A DNA stretch of 64,000 nt from Rhizobiaceae bacterium (GTDB lineage: Bacteria > Pseudomonadota > Alphaproteobacteria > Rhizobiales > Rhizobiaceae): contig JARGOX010000013.1 of assembly GCA_029233925.1 (NCBI GenBank), forward strand, positions 48,056-112,055, read 5' to 3'. Positions 40,273 to 50,733 of this stretch are shown piece after piece. The notes beneath the pieces are model-generated. The model was not told the origin of the DNA and searched no databases. It worked only from the letters and a program-made list of their open reading frames with translations. Within the stretch, counting starts at the first letter, position 1. Each line of letters starts with the position of its first letter. The translations under genes were made by a program, and so were the position numbers.

Positions 40273-41370
40273 ATGACCCCAATGGAACCGATTCCCGTTT
40301 CTGTGCTCACCGGATTTCTCGGATCGGGCAAGACGAGCTTGCTCAACAGGCTGCTGAAAGACCCCTCCTTGCAGGACACGGCCGTTATCATCAACGAGTT
40401 TGGCGATGTCGGTATCGATCATCTGCTGGTGGAGCGTTCGAGCGATGGGATCATCGAACTGGCTGATGGGTGCCTGTGTTGCACGGTGCGCGGTGAACTG
40501 GTCGATACGCTTGCAGACCTGGTTGACCGGTTGCAGACAGGGCGGATCAAATCCCTGAAGCGGGTGATTATCGAAACCACCGGTCTTGCCGATCCGGCAC
40601 CGGTTCTGCATGCCATCATGGGGCATCCGGCGCTCGTCCAGAGCCTGCGCCTCGACGGTGTGATCACTGTGGTGGATGCGGTCAATGGTGACCAGACGCT
40701 CGATCGCCATGAAGAAGCGGTCAAGCAGGTGGCTGTTGCGGATCGGATTGTGCTGACAAAAACAGACCTGATTGACCCGACGTCGGAAGCATTTGCGCAT
40801 TTGACCGCCCGTCTGATGCTCCTCAATCCTGGCGCCCTGCAGATTTCCGCCAGTGATGCAGGGGCCATCAAGGCCGATCTTTTCGAATGCGGGCTCTTCG
40901 ATCCGGCGACCAAAACGGCGGATGTTTCCCGGTGGCTGCGCGATGAGGCTTATCACGATGAGCACCATGGCCATGCGCATGACGTCAACCGGCACGATGA
41001 CCATATAAGGGCGTTTACGCTCATCGAAGACAAGCCTATCGATCCGGATGCTCTGGAGTGCTTTATCGATCTCCTGCGCTCAAGTCAGAGCGAACGATTG
41101 TTGCGCATGAAGGGTATTGTCTGCCTGTCCGATGATCCCGAACGTCCTGTGGTCATTCACGGTGTTCAGTCCATTTTTCATCCGCCGGCGCGGCTGCCGG
41201 CCTGGCCTGACAGCGATCACCGCACGCGCCTGGTGCTGATCACCCGTGATCTGGAAAAGGATTATGTGGCCAGACTGTTTGATGCATTTGTCGGCAAGCC
41301 GCAGATTGACACGCCGGACAGGGCGGCCTTGGAAAACAATCCGCTTTCCATTCCCGGATACAAACCATAG
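40273..41370 (+). CDS. COG0523/CobW family G3E GTPase metallochaperone
   Basis: GFLGSGKT, NEFG, GCLCC metal motif, ETTGLADP, His-rich linker, RMKG CobW_C motif. Confidence 0.92.
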   Translation: MTPMEPIPVSVLTGFLGSGKTSLLNRLLKDPSLQDTAVIINEFGDVGIDHLLVERSSDGIIELADGCLCCTVRGELVDTLADLVDRLQTGRIKSLKRVIIETTGLADPAPVLHAIMGHPALVQSLRLDGVITVVDAVNGDQTLDRHEEAVKQVAVADRIVLTKTDLIDPTSEAFAHLTARLMLLNPGALQISASDAGAIKADLFECGLFDPATKTADVSRWLRDEAYHDEHHGHAHDVNRHDDHIRAFTLIEDKPIDPDALECFIDLLRSSQSERLLRMKGIVCLSDDPERPVVIHGVQSIFHPPARLPAWPDSDHRTRLVLITRDLEKDYVARLFDAFVGKPQIDTPDRAALENNPLSIPGYKP

Positions 41371-41394
41371 CTTTTGGCTGAAAGCGTTCGGCAA

Positions 41395-41631
41395 TCAGCC
41401 CTTTTCAATCAGAAACCGGTGCCCGCCATCGACATTTTGCGTTTCGACAAGCGTGTGGCCGTATTCGCTGCAAAAATGCGGAATATCGACAACGGCCAGC
41501 GGGTCACTGGTTTCCACCCAGAGACTGCAACCGGTCTCAAGGGCCGACAATTTCTTGCGTGTTTTCAGCACGGGAAGTGGGCATTTCAGTCCGCGAAGGT
41601 CGTAATTTTCGACAGCTTTCGAATCGTTCAT
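41395..41631 (-). CDS. TusA family sulfurtransferase
   Basis: DLRGLKCPLPVLK (CPxP) motif; 78 aa. Confidence 0.9.
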   Translation of the reverse strand: MNDSKAVENYDLRGLKCPLPVLKTRKKLSALETGCSLWVETSDPLAVVDIPHFCSEYGHTLVETQNVDGGHRFLIEKG

Positions 41632-41636
41632 GGGGG

Positions 41637-42707
41637 CTACCAGACCTTCCACCAGGATTTTTTGGTGGAGGATTGTTCCGCTGCCTCATTGGATGCTTTT
41701 TGCTGGTTGGCGGGGGAGGGTGTCGGAACTGGCGTGATGGCGTCGTCCGATGCAGGCGCCACTGCGCTGGTCAATTGGCGATCACTTTGCTGGGGCTGTG
41801 CAGCAGTCTCAGGAGGTGGCGCGATGGCAGCGGGTTTCTTGTTTTTTTCCGCCTTTTCCAGAGCCTTGGTAAAAGCCACATCATATCGTTTGGACTGGGC
41901 TGCATAGGCCAGTTGCAACGATTGCGGTGAAGCGGAGGGAGGACAGGCCCGCTGCGCGTGGAATGTCTCGCCGTCTTCGGGTATCTGGTTGAAAACATAT
42001 TTCCCATCACAGATATCGACTTTAGGGGGCCTTTTCGTCAGTTCGAAATGGTCATAGCCGACCTTGATCATCTGCCAATAATCAAAATGTTCGTTGTCGC
42101 TGTGGGCAGCCATGTTTTCCGCCGTCATGCGGAACGGATAGGCCTGCACCTGAAATGAGGTCTGTCCACCCCGGAATGCCTCACGGGCAAATGCGTAGAT
42201 CTCCAGGACCTGCTCGTCAGTCATCGAATAGCAACCGGCCGATGAACAGGCGCCATGAACCATCAGATTGCTGCCCGTGCGCCCATGCGCCCGGTCATAG
42301 CGATTGGGATATCCCATGTTGAATGACAGATAGTAGCTGGATTTCGGGTTCATTTGGTAGGGGTTGATATCGTAGTAACCCTCGGGTGCCTGTCGGTCAC
42401 CTTCCTTGAATTTTGGTCCGAGTTTGCCCGACCACTTGCAGATCTCATAATCCTTGACGAGTGCATAGCGACCATTGCCCCTGGCCTTCCAGACTTCCAG
42501 CACGCCTTCCTGCTTGAAAATGCGTATCAGGATCGGCGCACGCACACGCTGGTCCTGGGCTTTCATCTTGTTGACCAATTTTTTTGGAAGTCGGTACTCA
42601 GCCTTGTTGTCAACGGATTCCAGCACATCCTGACAGCCCACGAGGACGAGGCTCAGCGCTGATACCAGCAACAGGGATTTCCAACCCAAAGAAGAATTAA
42701 AGCTCAT
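41637..42707 (-). CDS. Lipoprotein L,D-transpeptidase family (YafK/DpaA-like)
   Basis: Lipobox LVGC; KEGDRQAPEG, LSFNMGYPN, MVHGACSSAGC (His/Cys catalytic motif). Confidence 0.88.
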   Translation of the reverse strand: MSFNSSLGWKSLLLVSALSLVLVGCQDVLESVDNKAEYRLPKKLVNKMKAQDQRVRAPILIRIFKQEGVLEVWKARGNGRYALVKDYEICKWSGKLGPKFKEGDRQAPEGYYDINPYQMNPKSSYYLSFNMGYPNRYDRAHGRTGSNLMVHGACSSAGCYSMTDEQVLEIYAFAREAFRGGQTSFQVQAYPFRMTAENMAAHSDNEHFDYWQMIKVGYDHFELTKRPPKVDICDGKYVFNQIPEDGETFHAQRACPPSASPQSLQLAYAAQSKRYDVAFTKALEKAEKNKKPAAIAPPPETAAQPQQSDRQLTSAVAPASDDAITPVPTPSPANQQKASNEAAEQSSTKKSWWKVW

Positions 42708-42729
42708 TGTCCATCCGCGCGGCATGCGT

Positions 42730-42738
42730 TTATCCACA
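42730..42738 (+). promoter_or_regulatory. Consensus DnaA box TTATCCACA
   Basis: Exact 9-mer, 22 bp upstream of the ldt ATG. A single copy could be chance. Confidence 0.3.
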
Positions 42739-42841
42739 GAACCGTTGCCGACTGCGGACCACTGTACGGTTTCATTTCTCCAGCGGCCAATCGGCCATTG
42801 GGAGGGAAACATTTCAAGTCGCCAAAAATATGGCAGATAGG

Positions 42842-42857
42842 TTTACCAAATGTTTAC
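42842..42857 (+). promoter_or_regulatory. Candidate CtrA-like box TTTA-N7-TTTAC
   Basis: Direct repeat TTTACC-AAATG-TTTACC with 11-bp period in the ldt upstream region. Confidence 0.35.
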
Positions 42858-42961
42858 CACAACCAAGAATTTTCATGCGTTCACGATAATGTAATGACCA
42901 GCTGCGCTGCAAGACCAACAGGTGGCGTGGCGGTGCGCGCTGTGACGCTCCGACAGACAAA

Positions 42962-43915
42962 TTACAGATTGCGGCCCATATTCAGAAATTTCTTGCGGCG
43001 GTTGTTGCGCAAGGTGTCGCCGTCCTGTGTCTTCAGTTCAGCAAGAGCGGCTGCAATCGCCGTGCCGGTGCTGGCCAGAACCCGCTGCGGATCGCGATGC
43101 GCACCACCCATTGGTTCTTCGATGATGCCGTCAATAACGCCCAGATCTTTCAGATCCTGCGCGGTGATCTTCATATTGGCCGCAGCATCTCTTGCACGGG
43201 TGGCGTCGCGCCACAGGATCGATGCGGCACCCTCAGGTGAGATCACACCATAGATGGCATGTTCCAGCATATAAACACGGTTGCCGGTGGCAATTGCTAT
43301 GGCGCCGCCGGACCCGCCTTCACCAATGATGATGGATATGATCGGGACTTTGACATTCAGGCACATTTCGGTCGAGCGGGCGATTGCCTCGGCCTGGCCG
43401 CGTTCTTCAGCGCCGATACCCGGATAGGCACCGGATGTGTCGATCAGCGTGATGATCGGCAAATGGAATCGGTCCGCCAACTCGATGATTCGCACCGCCT
43501 TGCGGTAACCTTCGGGCCGGGCGCTGCCGAAGTTGTGGCGTATGCGTGATTTGGTATCATGGCCCTTTTCCTGGCCGATAATGGCGACACCCTGTCCACG
43601 AAACCGGCCCAGACCTGCCTGAATGGCTTCATCGTTGGAGAATTTTCTGTCGCCGGCCAGCGGCGTGAATTCCTCGAACAGTCCCTCGATATAATCACGA
43701 AAATGCGGGCGCGCCGGGTGGCGTGCAACCTGCGTCTTCTGCCAGGGTGTCAGCTTGGCATAAAGATCCTTGAGGGTCTCTTTCGCCTTTGCTTGCAGAT
43801 TTGCGATTTCCGCACTCGTATCAATAATTTCATCGTCACCGGCGAGCCGTCGAAGCTCGTGGATTTTTCCCTCAATGTCGGAAAGCGGTTTTTCAAAGTC
43901 GAGATAGTTAAGCAT
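42962..43915 (-). CDS. accA: Acetyl-CoA carboxylase carboxyltransferase alpha subunit
   Basis: [43 protein letters not shown]. Confidence 0.96.
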   Translation of the reverse strand: MLNYLDFEKPLSDIEGKIHELRRLAGDDEIIDTSAEIANLQAKAKETLKDLYAKLTPWQKTQVARHPARPHFRDYIEGLFEEFTPLAGDRKFSNDEAIQAGLGRFRGQGVAIIGQEKGHDTKSRIRHNFGSARPEGYRKAVRIIELADRFHLPIITLIDTSGAYPGIGAEERGQAEAIARSTEMCLNVKVPIISIIIGEGGSGGAIAIATGNRVYMLEHAIYGVISPEGAASILWRDATRARDAAANMKITAQDLKDLGVIDGIIEEPMGGAHRDPQRVLASTGTAIAAALAELKTQDGDTLRNNRRKKFLNMGRNL

Positions 43916-44012
43916 GGAGTTTGGTGATCTCGGGCTGTTGCATCGGGCTTTGGTTGCTTCTGGCTAAGAGCCATTGTCCGGCAAAGCAAGCAAAAAGGCT
44001 AAAAACTGTGTT

Positions 44013-44975
44013 CTATGTGCTGTTTTTTGCGGCAATTGCAAGAGGATGGTGTTCACTGACCAGTCTATGAAGCCGTTCTTCCAGAATATGGGTGTAAATC
44101 TGAGTTGTCGAAATATCTGCATGGCCAAGCAATTCCTGCACAACGCGCAGATCCGCGCCATTGTGCAGCAGATGACTGGCAAAGGCGTGGCGCAGAACAT
44201 GCGGCGACAGGTTTTGCGCGCCCAGACCGCATCGCATCGCCAGGTGTTTCAGATCGCGGGCGAATACCTGTCGGGGGATATGTTTGCCGGGGACGCGTGA
44301 TGGAAAAAGAAAGGTCGAAGGAACGCCAGTTTCTGCGTCTACCTGCCGCTTCAGCGCGTCGACATAGTCGGCGAGAGCCTGGCGCGATGCCGAAGACAGG
44401 GGAACCAGTCGTTCCTTGTTGCCTTTGCCACGAATGATCAAAAACCGATCATCCTCCTGCGCGGCGACAGATAGAGGCAGACTGACCAATTCGGATACGC
44501 GCATGCCAGTTGCATAGAGCATTTCGAGCAAAGTCATCAGACGCAGGCGTTGCAGTTTTTTTGCGTCCGTCAGGCCGGCTTCTGCTGCTTCGTCCCTTGC
44601 CTGATCAATCAACCTGGTGACGTCTTCCTGGCTGAGCGATTTTGGCAATGGTCGCTCTTTGCGCGGAGAATCAAGCACGCCTGTCGGGTCGACATCGCGA
44701 ATGCCTTCTGAATAAAGGAACCGATAGAACTGACGCAGCGCAGAAAGGCGCCTTGCTTGTGAACTTGCAGCAAATCCCCGATTTGCGACGTCAGCCAGGC
44801 AGGCGCGCAATTCATCACTGGTTGCGCTTGTGAGGTTGGATTGCATACCGCGTAAAAACGCGAGGCAATCCTCCAGATCATTGCGATAGGACGTCAATGT
44901 GTTGATTGCGGCTCCGCGTTCAACACTCATCATCTCGAGGAAAGCCTCAAGATGTGCAAGGCTCATATCGGCCAT
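44013..44975 (-). CDS. xerD: Site-specific tyrosine recombinase XerD
   Basis: [37 protein letters not shown] catalytic set; located beside accA. Confidence 0.92.
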   Translation of the reverse strand: MADMSLAHLEAFLEMMSVERGAAINTLTSYRNDLEDCLAFLRGMQSNLTSATSDELRACLADVANRGFAASSQARRLSALRQFYRFLYSEGIRDVDPTGVLDSPRKERPLPKSLSQEDVTRLIDQARDEAAEAGLTDAKKLQRLRLMTLLEMLYATGMRVSELVSLPLSVAAQEDDRFLIIRGKGNKERLVPLSSASRQALADYVDALKRQVDAETGVPSTFLFPSRVPGKHIPRQVFARDLKHLAMRCGLGAQNLSPHVLRHAFASHLLHNGADLRVVQELLGHADISTTQIYTHILEERLHRLVSEHHPLAIAAKNST

Positions 44976-45008
44976 GGCTTCCTGCCTGTGGGTTGCAGAT
45001 AGCGCTTT

Positions 45009-45155
45009 TCAGCGTGGATTGACCTTTTCGGTCGGGATTCGCACCGAAATTTCGCGCGGTGTTGGATCCACGTAAACTGTCAATGCGAACATCGCACCAT
45101 AGGCCACGCCTGCCATGACGGCACAAAATACAAGAAACCGGAACAAAGACGGCAT
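45009..45155 (-). CDS. 48-aa single-TM small protein (not in the ORF track)
   Basis: Hand translation MPSLFRFLVFCAVMAGVAYGAMFALTVYVDPTPREISVRIPTEKVNPR*; fills the gap upstream of xerD on the same strand. Confidence 0.78.
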   Translation of the reverse strand: MPSLFRFLVFCAVMAGVAYGAMFALTVYVDPTPREISVRIPTEKVNPR

Positions 45156-45341
45156 GCATCATCCATTGGTTTGAATTCAACAGGCCATTTATGGGCGAAG
45201 GACAATTTTGATGCAAGGTCGCATTTCCTGTCATCGCGCTGCGGCCCTCCCGGTCGCAGACAATGGGCCGGATCAATGCTGATGCTTGACGGACCAGACA
45301 CATTTGTCGATACCGGAGAAGCAAACCATGGAAAAGACCTG

Positions 45342-45959
45342 ATGAAGACCCAGCCAATCAGCACCGAATTGACGAAAGCCGCGCAGGCACGTCAGTGCCT
45401 CGGTGAACGTACGGTGGTGTTTGTCGGCCTGATGGGCGCAGGCAAATCGGTCATTGGAAAAATGACGGCCGCTGCAATGCAGGTGCCCTTTGTCGATTCC
45501 GACCACGAAATTGAATATGTTTCACGCATGTCGATTGCCGATTTGTTTGAGAAATACGGCGAGGTCGAGTTTCGGGCGCTGGAAGCGCGGGTAATCAGCC
45601 GTCTTTTGAAAGACGGGCCAATGGTCCTTTCAACGGGCGGTGGCGCATTCATGCAGGAATCGGTGCGTGCCAGTATCAAGGAAAACGGCCTGTCGGTTTG
45701 GCTTCGGGCTGATCTCGACGTTTTGTGGGAACGTGTCAAACGCCGGTATCATCGCCCCTTGCTGAAAACGGCGGATCCGAAAGCCACCTTGTCCGCCTTG
45801 CTTGGCAGCAGGTATCCGATTTATGGCGAAGCCGACCTGGTTGTGCAATCACGAGACACAGCTAAGGAAATCATCGTTGATGAGGTGCTGGAGGCGATAA
45901 TTGCCTATGACGCCGTTTCATCGACGCAGACTGTCAGGGGTAGCAACAATGAACGATAA
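45342..45959 (+). CDS. aroK: Shikimate kinase
   Basis: GLMGAGKS P-loop, DSDHEIE, STGGGA, RPLL. Start uncertain. Confidence 0.93.
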   Translation: MKTQPISTELTKAAQARQCLGERTVVFVGLMGAGKSVIGKMTAAAMQVPFVDSDHEIEYVSRMSIADLFEKYGEVEFRALEARVISRLLKDGPMVLSTGGGAFMQESVRASIKENGLSVWLRADLDVLWERVKRRYHRPLLKTADPKATLSALLGSRYPIYGEADLVVQSRDTAKEIIVDEVLEAIIAYDAVSSTQTVRGSNNER

Positions 45960-47082
45960 TACAACAGCGCCGGGCGAAGCGCGTGTTCACGTCAGTCTTG
46001 GAGAGCGGTCCTATGACATTCTGATCGGCCCCGGGCTGATCGCTTCGGCCGGCCAGCAGATCGCCGCCCGGCTGCCCGGTATCCGTGCTGCCATTGTCAG
46101 TGACGAAAATGTCGCCGATCTCTATCTTGAAAAGCTTGGAGAAAGCCTTTCGAGGGCCGGAATAGAAAGTACCTCTATTGTTCTTCCTGCGGGCGAAAAA
46201 ACCAAGAATTTCGAGCAGGTCATCGCCGTGTCCGAGGCCGTTCTGGCGGCACGCCTGGAGCGCGGTGATGCGGTGATTGCGCTGGGCGGCGGTGTCGTGG
46301 GCGACCTGTCCGGGTTCGTTGCGGGTATCGTACGCCGTGGCATGAATTTTGTGCAGATTCCCACATCGCTGCTGGCCCAGGTGGATTCTTCTGTGGGTGG
46401 AAAGACCGGTATCAATACGTCGCACGGCAAAAACCTCATCGGCGTGTTCCACCAGCCGGCGCTGGTTCTTGCGGATGCGGATGTTCTTGATTCCCTTTCC
46501 GGAAGGGAGTTTCGTGCCGGCTATGCCGAGATGGCAAAATACGGATTGATTGACCAGCCGGATTTTTTTGCCTGGCTTGAGAAAAACTGGCAGCAGGTTT
46601 TTGCCGGGGGAGCGCCGCGCATTCATGCCATCGCGACCAGTTGTCAGGCCAAGGCAGATGTTGTTGCCGCTGACGAGTATGAAGGTGGAAAACGGGCGCT
46701 TTTGAACCTCGGTCATACATTCGGGCACGCATTGGAAGCTGCTACCGGCTACGACAGCGGGCGGCTGGTTCATGGCGAAGGCGTGGCCATCGGCATGGTG
46801 CTTGCGCATGAATTCTCGACCCGCATGAACCTGGCAAGTCCGGATGATGCGCAACGGGTTGCAGCCCATTTGAGAGCGGTTGGTTTGCCGACACAATTGA
46901 GTGATATTGAAGGCACCCTGCCGCCACCCGATATATTGCTGGAACATATCGCGCAGGACAAGAAGGTCAAACGCGGCAAACTGACATTCATCCTGACGAG
47001 AGGGATAGGACAATCATTCGTTGCCGATGATGTACCCATCTCCGAGGTTCTTGGTTTCTTGAAGGAAAAATACACACAATGA
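45949..47082 (+). CDS. aroB: 3-dehydroquinate synthase
   Basis: [42 protein letters not shown]. Confidence 0.96.
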   Translation: MNDNTTAPGEARVHVSLGERSYDILIGPGLIASAGQQIAARLPGIRAAIVSDENVADLYLEKLGESLSRAGIESTSIVLPAGEKTKNFEQVIAVSEAVLAARLERGDAVIALGGGVVGDLSGFVAGIVRRGMNFVQIPTSLLAQVDSSVGGKTGINTSHGKNLIGVFHQPALVLADADVLDSLSGREFRAGYAEMAKYGLIDQPDFFAWLEKNWQQVFAGGAPRIHAIATSCQAKADVVAADEYEGGKRALLNLGHTFGHALEAATGYDSGRLVHGEGVAIGMVLAHEFSTRMNLASPDDAQRVAAHLRAVGLPTQLSDIEGTLPPPDILLEHIAQDKKVKRGKLTFILTRGIGQSFVADDVPISEVLGFLKEKYTQ

Positions 47083-48359
47083 TTGGTGAATATTGGCTGG
47101 TAATTCTCATCATTCTTGGCCTGATTGTTCTGTCCGGATTTTTTTCCGGTTCGGAAACGGCGCTGACGGCAGCGTCACGCTCGCGCATGCACCAGCTGGA
47201 ATCGAACGGCCAGGTCAATGCCGGAATCGTATCGCGATTGATTGACAGACAGGATCGGCTGATCGGGGCACTGCTGATTGGCAACAACATGGTCAATATT
47301 CTGGCGTCATCGCTGGCGACAAGTGTCTTTCTTGGGCTTTTTGGCGAAAGCGGCGTTGCCTATGCGACCATCGTGATGACGATACTGCTGGTTATTTTTG
47401 CCGAAGTCCTGCCGAAAAGCTGGGCCATATCGTCACCGGAGCGGGTGTCGATGGCGGTCGCGCCTGCAGTGCGCCTTTTTGTCATTGTCATCGGCCCGCT
47501 TTCCTCCGGGGTAAACTGGATCGTGCGTCAGTTGCTGTCGGTTCTGGGGATTACCCTGTCGACCGATACATCCATGCTCTCTGCACATGAGGAGTTGCGA
47601 GGCGCGGTTGCGCTGCTGCATCGCGAGGGGTCGGTGATCAAGGCGGACCGCGACCGGCTTGGCGGTGTTCTGGATCTGGGCGAGCTGGAAGTGTCGGATG
47701 TCATGGTGCATCGCACGACCATGCGGATGATCAACGCCGATGAGGATTCCGATGTTGCGGTCAGGCAGATTCTGGAAAGCCCCTATACGCGTATGCCGGT
47801 ATGGCGCGACGAGACGGACAACATCATTGGCGTCATCCATGCCAAGGATGTTCTGCGGGCTCTGGCTGGCGCCGGCGGAGATCGGCAGACCATTGATATT
47901 GTCAAGATTGCACAAAAACCCTGGTTCGTGCCGGACACGACAAATCTGAAAGATCAGCTCAATGCGTTTCTGCGGCGCAAGACCCATTTTGCCATCGTTG
48001 TCGATGAATATGGTGAGGTGGAAGGCCTGGTGACGCTGGAGGATATTCTGGAGGAGATCGTCGGCGACATTGCCGACGAGCATGACCTGGATATTCAGGG
48101 CGTCGTGCAGGAGGCCGATGGTTCGGTGGTTGTCGACGGGACGGTGCCCATTCGCGATCTGAACCGGGCGCTCGACTGGACCCTGCCTGACGAGGAAGCC
48201 ACCACCGTTGCCGGGCTTGTGATCCACGAATCACAGACCATTCCCGAAGAGCGTCAGGCGTTCACCTATCACGGCAAGCGGTTCATCGTGATGAAGCGGG
48301 TTAAAAACCGAATCACGAAATTGCGAATCAGGCCGGTGGAAGCCGAGCAAAAGGGTTAG
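47079..48359 (+). CDS. HlyC/CorC (CNNM + CBS) family transporter
   Basis: [26 protein letters not shown] pair (VMVHR, VVDEYG...EDILEEIVG), CorC_HlyC tail. Confidence 0.92.
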   Translation: MIGEYWLVILIILGLIVLSGFFSGSETALTAASRSRMHQLESNGQVNAGIVSRLIDRQDRLIGALLIGNNMVNILASSLATSVFLGLFGESGVAYATIVMTILLVIFAEVLPKSWAISSPERVSMAVAPAVRLFVIVIGPLSSGVNWIVRQLLSVLGITLSTDTSMLSAHEELRGAVALLHREGSVIKADRDRLGGVLDLGELEVSDVMVHRTTMRMINADEDSDVAVRQILESPYTRMPVWRDETDNIIGVIHAKDVLRALAGAGGDRQTIDIVKIAQKPWFVPDTTNLKDQLNAFLRRKTHFAIVVDEYGEVEGLVTLEDILEEIVGDIADEHDLDIQGVVQEADGSVVVDGTVPIRDLNRALDWTLPDEEATTVAGLVIHESQTIPEERQAFTYHGKRFIVMKRVKNRITKLRIRPVEAEQKG

Positions 48360-48554
48360 CGCACGTCTGGCTTTGATTGCCCCACTGTGTTCGTGATCCA
48401 GTGAGTCGATCCGCCAGGAAAGCGCTAAAGAGCGATGCTTTCGCATCGGTCGAGACGTCTGACGCAGCGAGCGACCAATGGTCGCGAACCGACTTGATCC
48501 TGACCAAAAACAACTGGCAGAGTGAATCAATGAAAGCCGGACATGCTCTCGGAT

Positions 48555-48851
48555 CTACCAGCGCACGGTTTCGCCGGGCGCTGCCGGCTCGATTGCCAGA
48601 GCATGAACGCTGGCAGACAATTCGTCTTTCAGCAGCTCATTTATCATCCGGTGTCTTGCAATGCGCGGCATGCCTGCAAATATGGGGCTTACAAGGCGAA
48701 TTCTAAAATGGGTCTCACCTGAACCATCGAAACTGTCCTGATGGCCGGCATGCAGATGGCTTTCATTGATCACCTCGAGACGCTCCGGCTGGAGGGCGTC
48801 ATCAAGTTTTTTTGTCATGCTCAATGCAATTGGTCCGTTTTGTTCTGTCAT
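48555..48851 (-). CDS. bolA: BolA family protein
   Basis: NESHLHAGH, ETHFRI, RIARHRMIN, VHALAI. Confidence 0.92.
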   Translation of the reverse strand: MTEQNGPIALSMTKKLDDALQPERLEVINESHLHAGHQDSFDGSGETHFRIRLVSPIFAGMPRIARHRMINELLKDELSASVHALAIEPAAPGETVRW

Positions 48852-48996
48852 GACTGCTCTTTCCTGCTATGGTGTCGCGCCCCGGGCCAATGCGGGACGA
48901 TCTGTTTTTTCGTCTTGTCGACCCGATCCTGAAAATAGTGCAATGGGCAACAAGTCAATCCTTGTTCACATTGCGGTAAAGTCCAAAAATGAGCTC

Positions 48997-49641
48997 ATGA
49001 AACTTGATTCCAAATATTTTGATAGCATTCGTTCTTCGAAGAAAAAAGGCAAGGGCAAGAGCAAGGTAAGTGCCAAGCCGACGACCCCGGGTTGTCAATG
49101 GGACGGCTGTGAAAAAAAGGGTGAGTTTCGCGCGCCGGTGGGGCGCGATGCAGAGGGAGAGTATTTCCTCTTCTGTGCTGACCACGTGCGCGAATACAAC
49201 AAGGGGTACAATTATTTTTCCGGCCTCTCCGATGGCGACATTGCGCGCTACCAGAAAGAAGCGCTGACCGGACACAGACCCACCTGGACGCTGGGAGTGA
49301 ACAAGGCTGCATCGGCACAGACAAATCCAGAACAGTCACAATCGCGCTCCGGCAGTGCGGCGGCCTATGCCAATATGCGCGATCCGTTTCGTCTGTTTGA
49401 CGAAAAGGGTGCAGCATCACGGCCTCAGCCGCGCAAGCGCAAGCTCAAGGCTTTGGAATCCAAGGCGTTCGAGACAATGGGGATTCCTGCAAATGCCCCA
49501 GCCGAAGAAATCAAGACACGATACAAGGACCTGGTTAAACAGAACCATCCGGATGCCAATGGTGGCGACCGCGGCTCTGAGGAACGCTTTCGTGAAGTGA
49601 TTCAAGCTTACCAATTGTTAAAACAGTCCGGTTTCTGCTAG
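48997..49641 (+). CDS. C-terminal J-domain (DnaJ-like) protein
   Basis: N-terminal CQWDGC...FCADHVREYN Cys/His motif; C-terminal HPD J-domain (NHPDANGG). Confidence 0.9.
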   Translation: MKLDSKYFDSIRSSKKKGKGKSKVSAKPTTPGCQWDGCEKKGEFRAPVGRDAEGEYFLFCADHVREYNKGYNYFSGLSDGDIARYQKEALTGHRPTWTLGVNKAASAQTNPEQSQSRSGSAAAYANMRDPFRLFDEKGAASRPQPRKRKLKALESKAFETMGIPANAPAEEIKTRYKDLVKQNHPDANGGDRGSEERFREVIQAYQLLKQSGFC

Positions 49642-49729
49642 AGGGTGCCTGCTGATGGATAATTCACGGGCAAAATGATTGCCGTGAATCGTGAGACGGC
49701 TTGAAAAACAGGGCCGCGTTGGAGACAAA

Positions 49730-50722
49730 ATGAACAAGATTGACATGGATATTTCAAATCTGCCGGACACGACAGTTTCTGTGCGCGAAGCCTTTGATAT
49801 CGATTCGGATTTGAGAGTCCCCGCCTATTCGAAGGCGGACGCCTATGTGCCTGAGCTGGATACCGATTATCTGTTTGACAGAGCAACGACACTGGCCATT
49901 CTGGCCGGGTTTGCACACAACCGTCGTGTCATGGTGTCGGGCTATCACGGGACTGGCAAGTCGACCCATATCGAACAGGTTGCAGCACGCCTGAACTGGC
50001 CCTGTGTTCGCGTCAATCTCGACAGTCACGTAAGCCGCATCGATCTGGTTGGCAAGGACGCCATCGTCTTGAAGGATGGCAAGCAGATCACCGAGTTCAA
50101 GGATGGTATCCTTCCCTGGGCCTATCAGCATAATGTTGCGCTGGTCTTTGACGAGTATGATGCAGGACGACCTGATGTGATGTTTGTTATCCAGCGTGTG
50201 CTGGAATCATCCGGTCGGCTGACCTTGCTTGATCAGAGTCGGGTCATACGTCCGCATCCTGCGTTCCGCCTGTTTGCCACGGCCAATACGGTGGGACTTG
50301 GTGATACAACGGGTCTTTATCATGGAACACAACAGATCAACCAGGCGCAGATGGACCGTTGGTCCATTGTAACCGTGCTCAACTATTTGCCGCATGACAA
50401 CGAAGTCAATATTGTGCTGGCAAAGGTCAAGAGCTTCAACAAGGACGACGCAGGGCGCGAAACGATTTCCAAGATGGTGCGCGTTGCCGACATGACGCGG
50501 GCGGCTTTTGTCAACGGTGACCTGTCGACCGTCATGAGCCCGCGTACGGTGATCACCTGGGCTGAGAACGCCGAAATTTTTGGAGATGTGTCCTTTGCCT
50601 TCCGACTGACCTTCCTCAACAAATGTGATGAACTGGAGCGCTCCCTGGTGGCCGAACAGTACCAGCGCGCTTTTGGTGAGGAGCTCAAGGAAAGCGCCGC
50701 CAACATCGTCCTTGATGCATAG
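49730..50722 (+). CDS. cobS: Cobaltochelatase subunit CobS (MoxR-type AAA+)
   Basis: GYHGTGKS Walker [28 protein letters not shown]. Confidence 0.93.
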   Translation: MNKIDMDISNLPDTTVSVREAFDIDSDLRVPAYSKADAYVPELDTDYLFDRATTLAILAGFAHNRRVMVSGYHGTGKSTHIEQVAARLNWPCVRVNLDSHVSRIDLVGKDAIVLKDGKQITEFKDGILPWAYQHNVALVFDEYDAGRPDVMFVIQRVLESSGRLTLLDQSRVIRPHPAFRLFATANTVGLGDTTGLYHGTQQINQAQMDRWSIVTVLNYLPHDNEVNIVLAKVKSFNKDDAGRETISKMVRVADMTRAAFVNGDLSTVMSPRTVITWAENAEIFGDVSFAFRLTFLNKCDELERSLVAEQYQRAFGEELKESAANIVLDA

Positions 50723-50733
50723 GATATCATTTT

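Noticed and set aside
8515-42707. Concentration of peptidoglycan genes (pbpC, MltB-like, mtgA, dac, ldt)
   Set aside because: They are dispersed among unrelated core genes in separate transcription units; no evidence of a single system.
44013-44975. Tyrosine recombinase as a sign of a mobile element
   Set aside because: Sequence and position beside accA fit housekeeping XerD; no att sites, tRNA or cargo genes.
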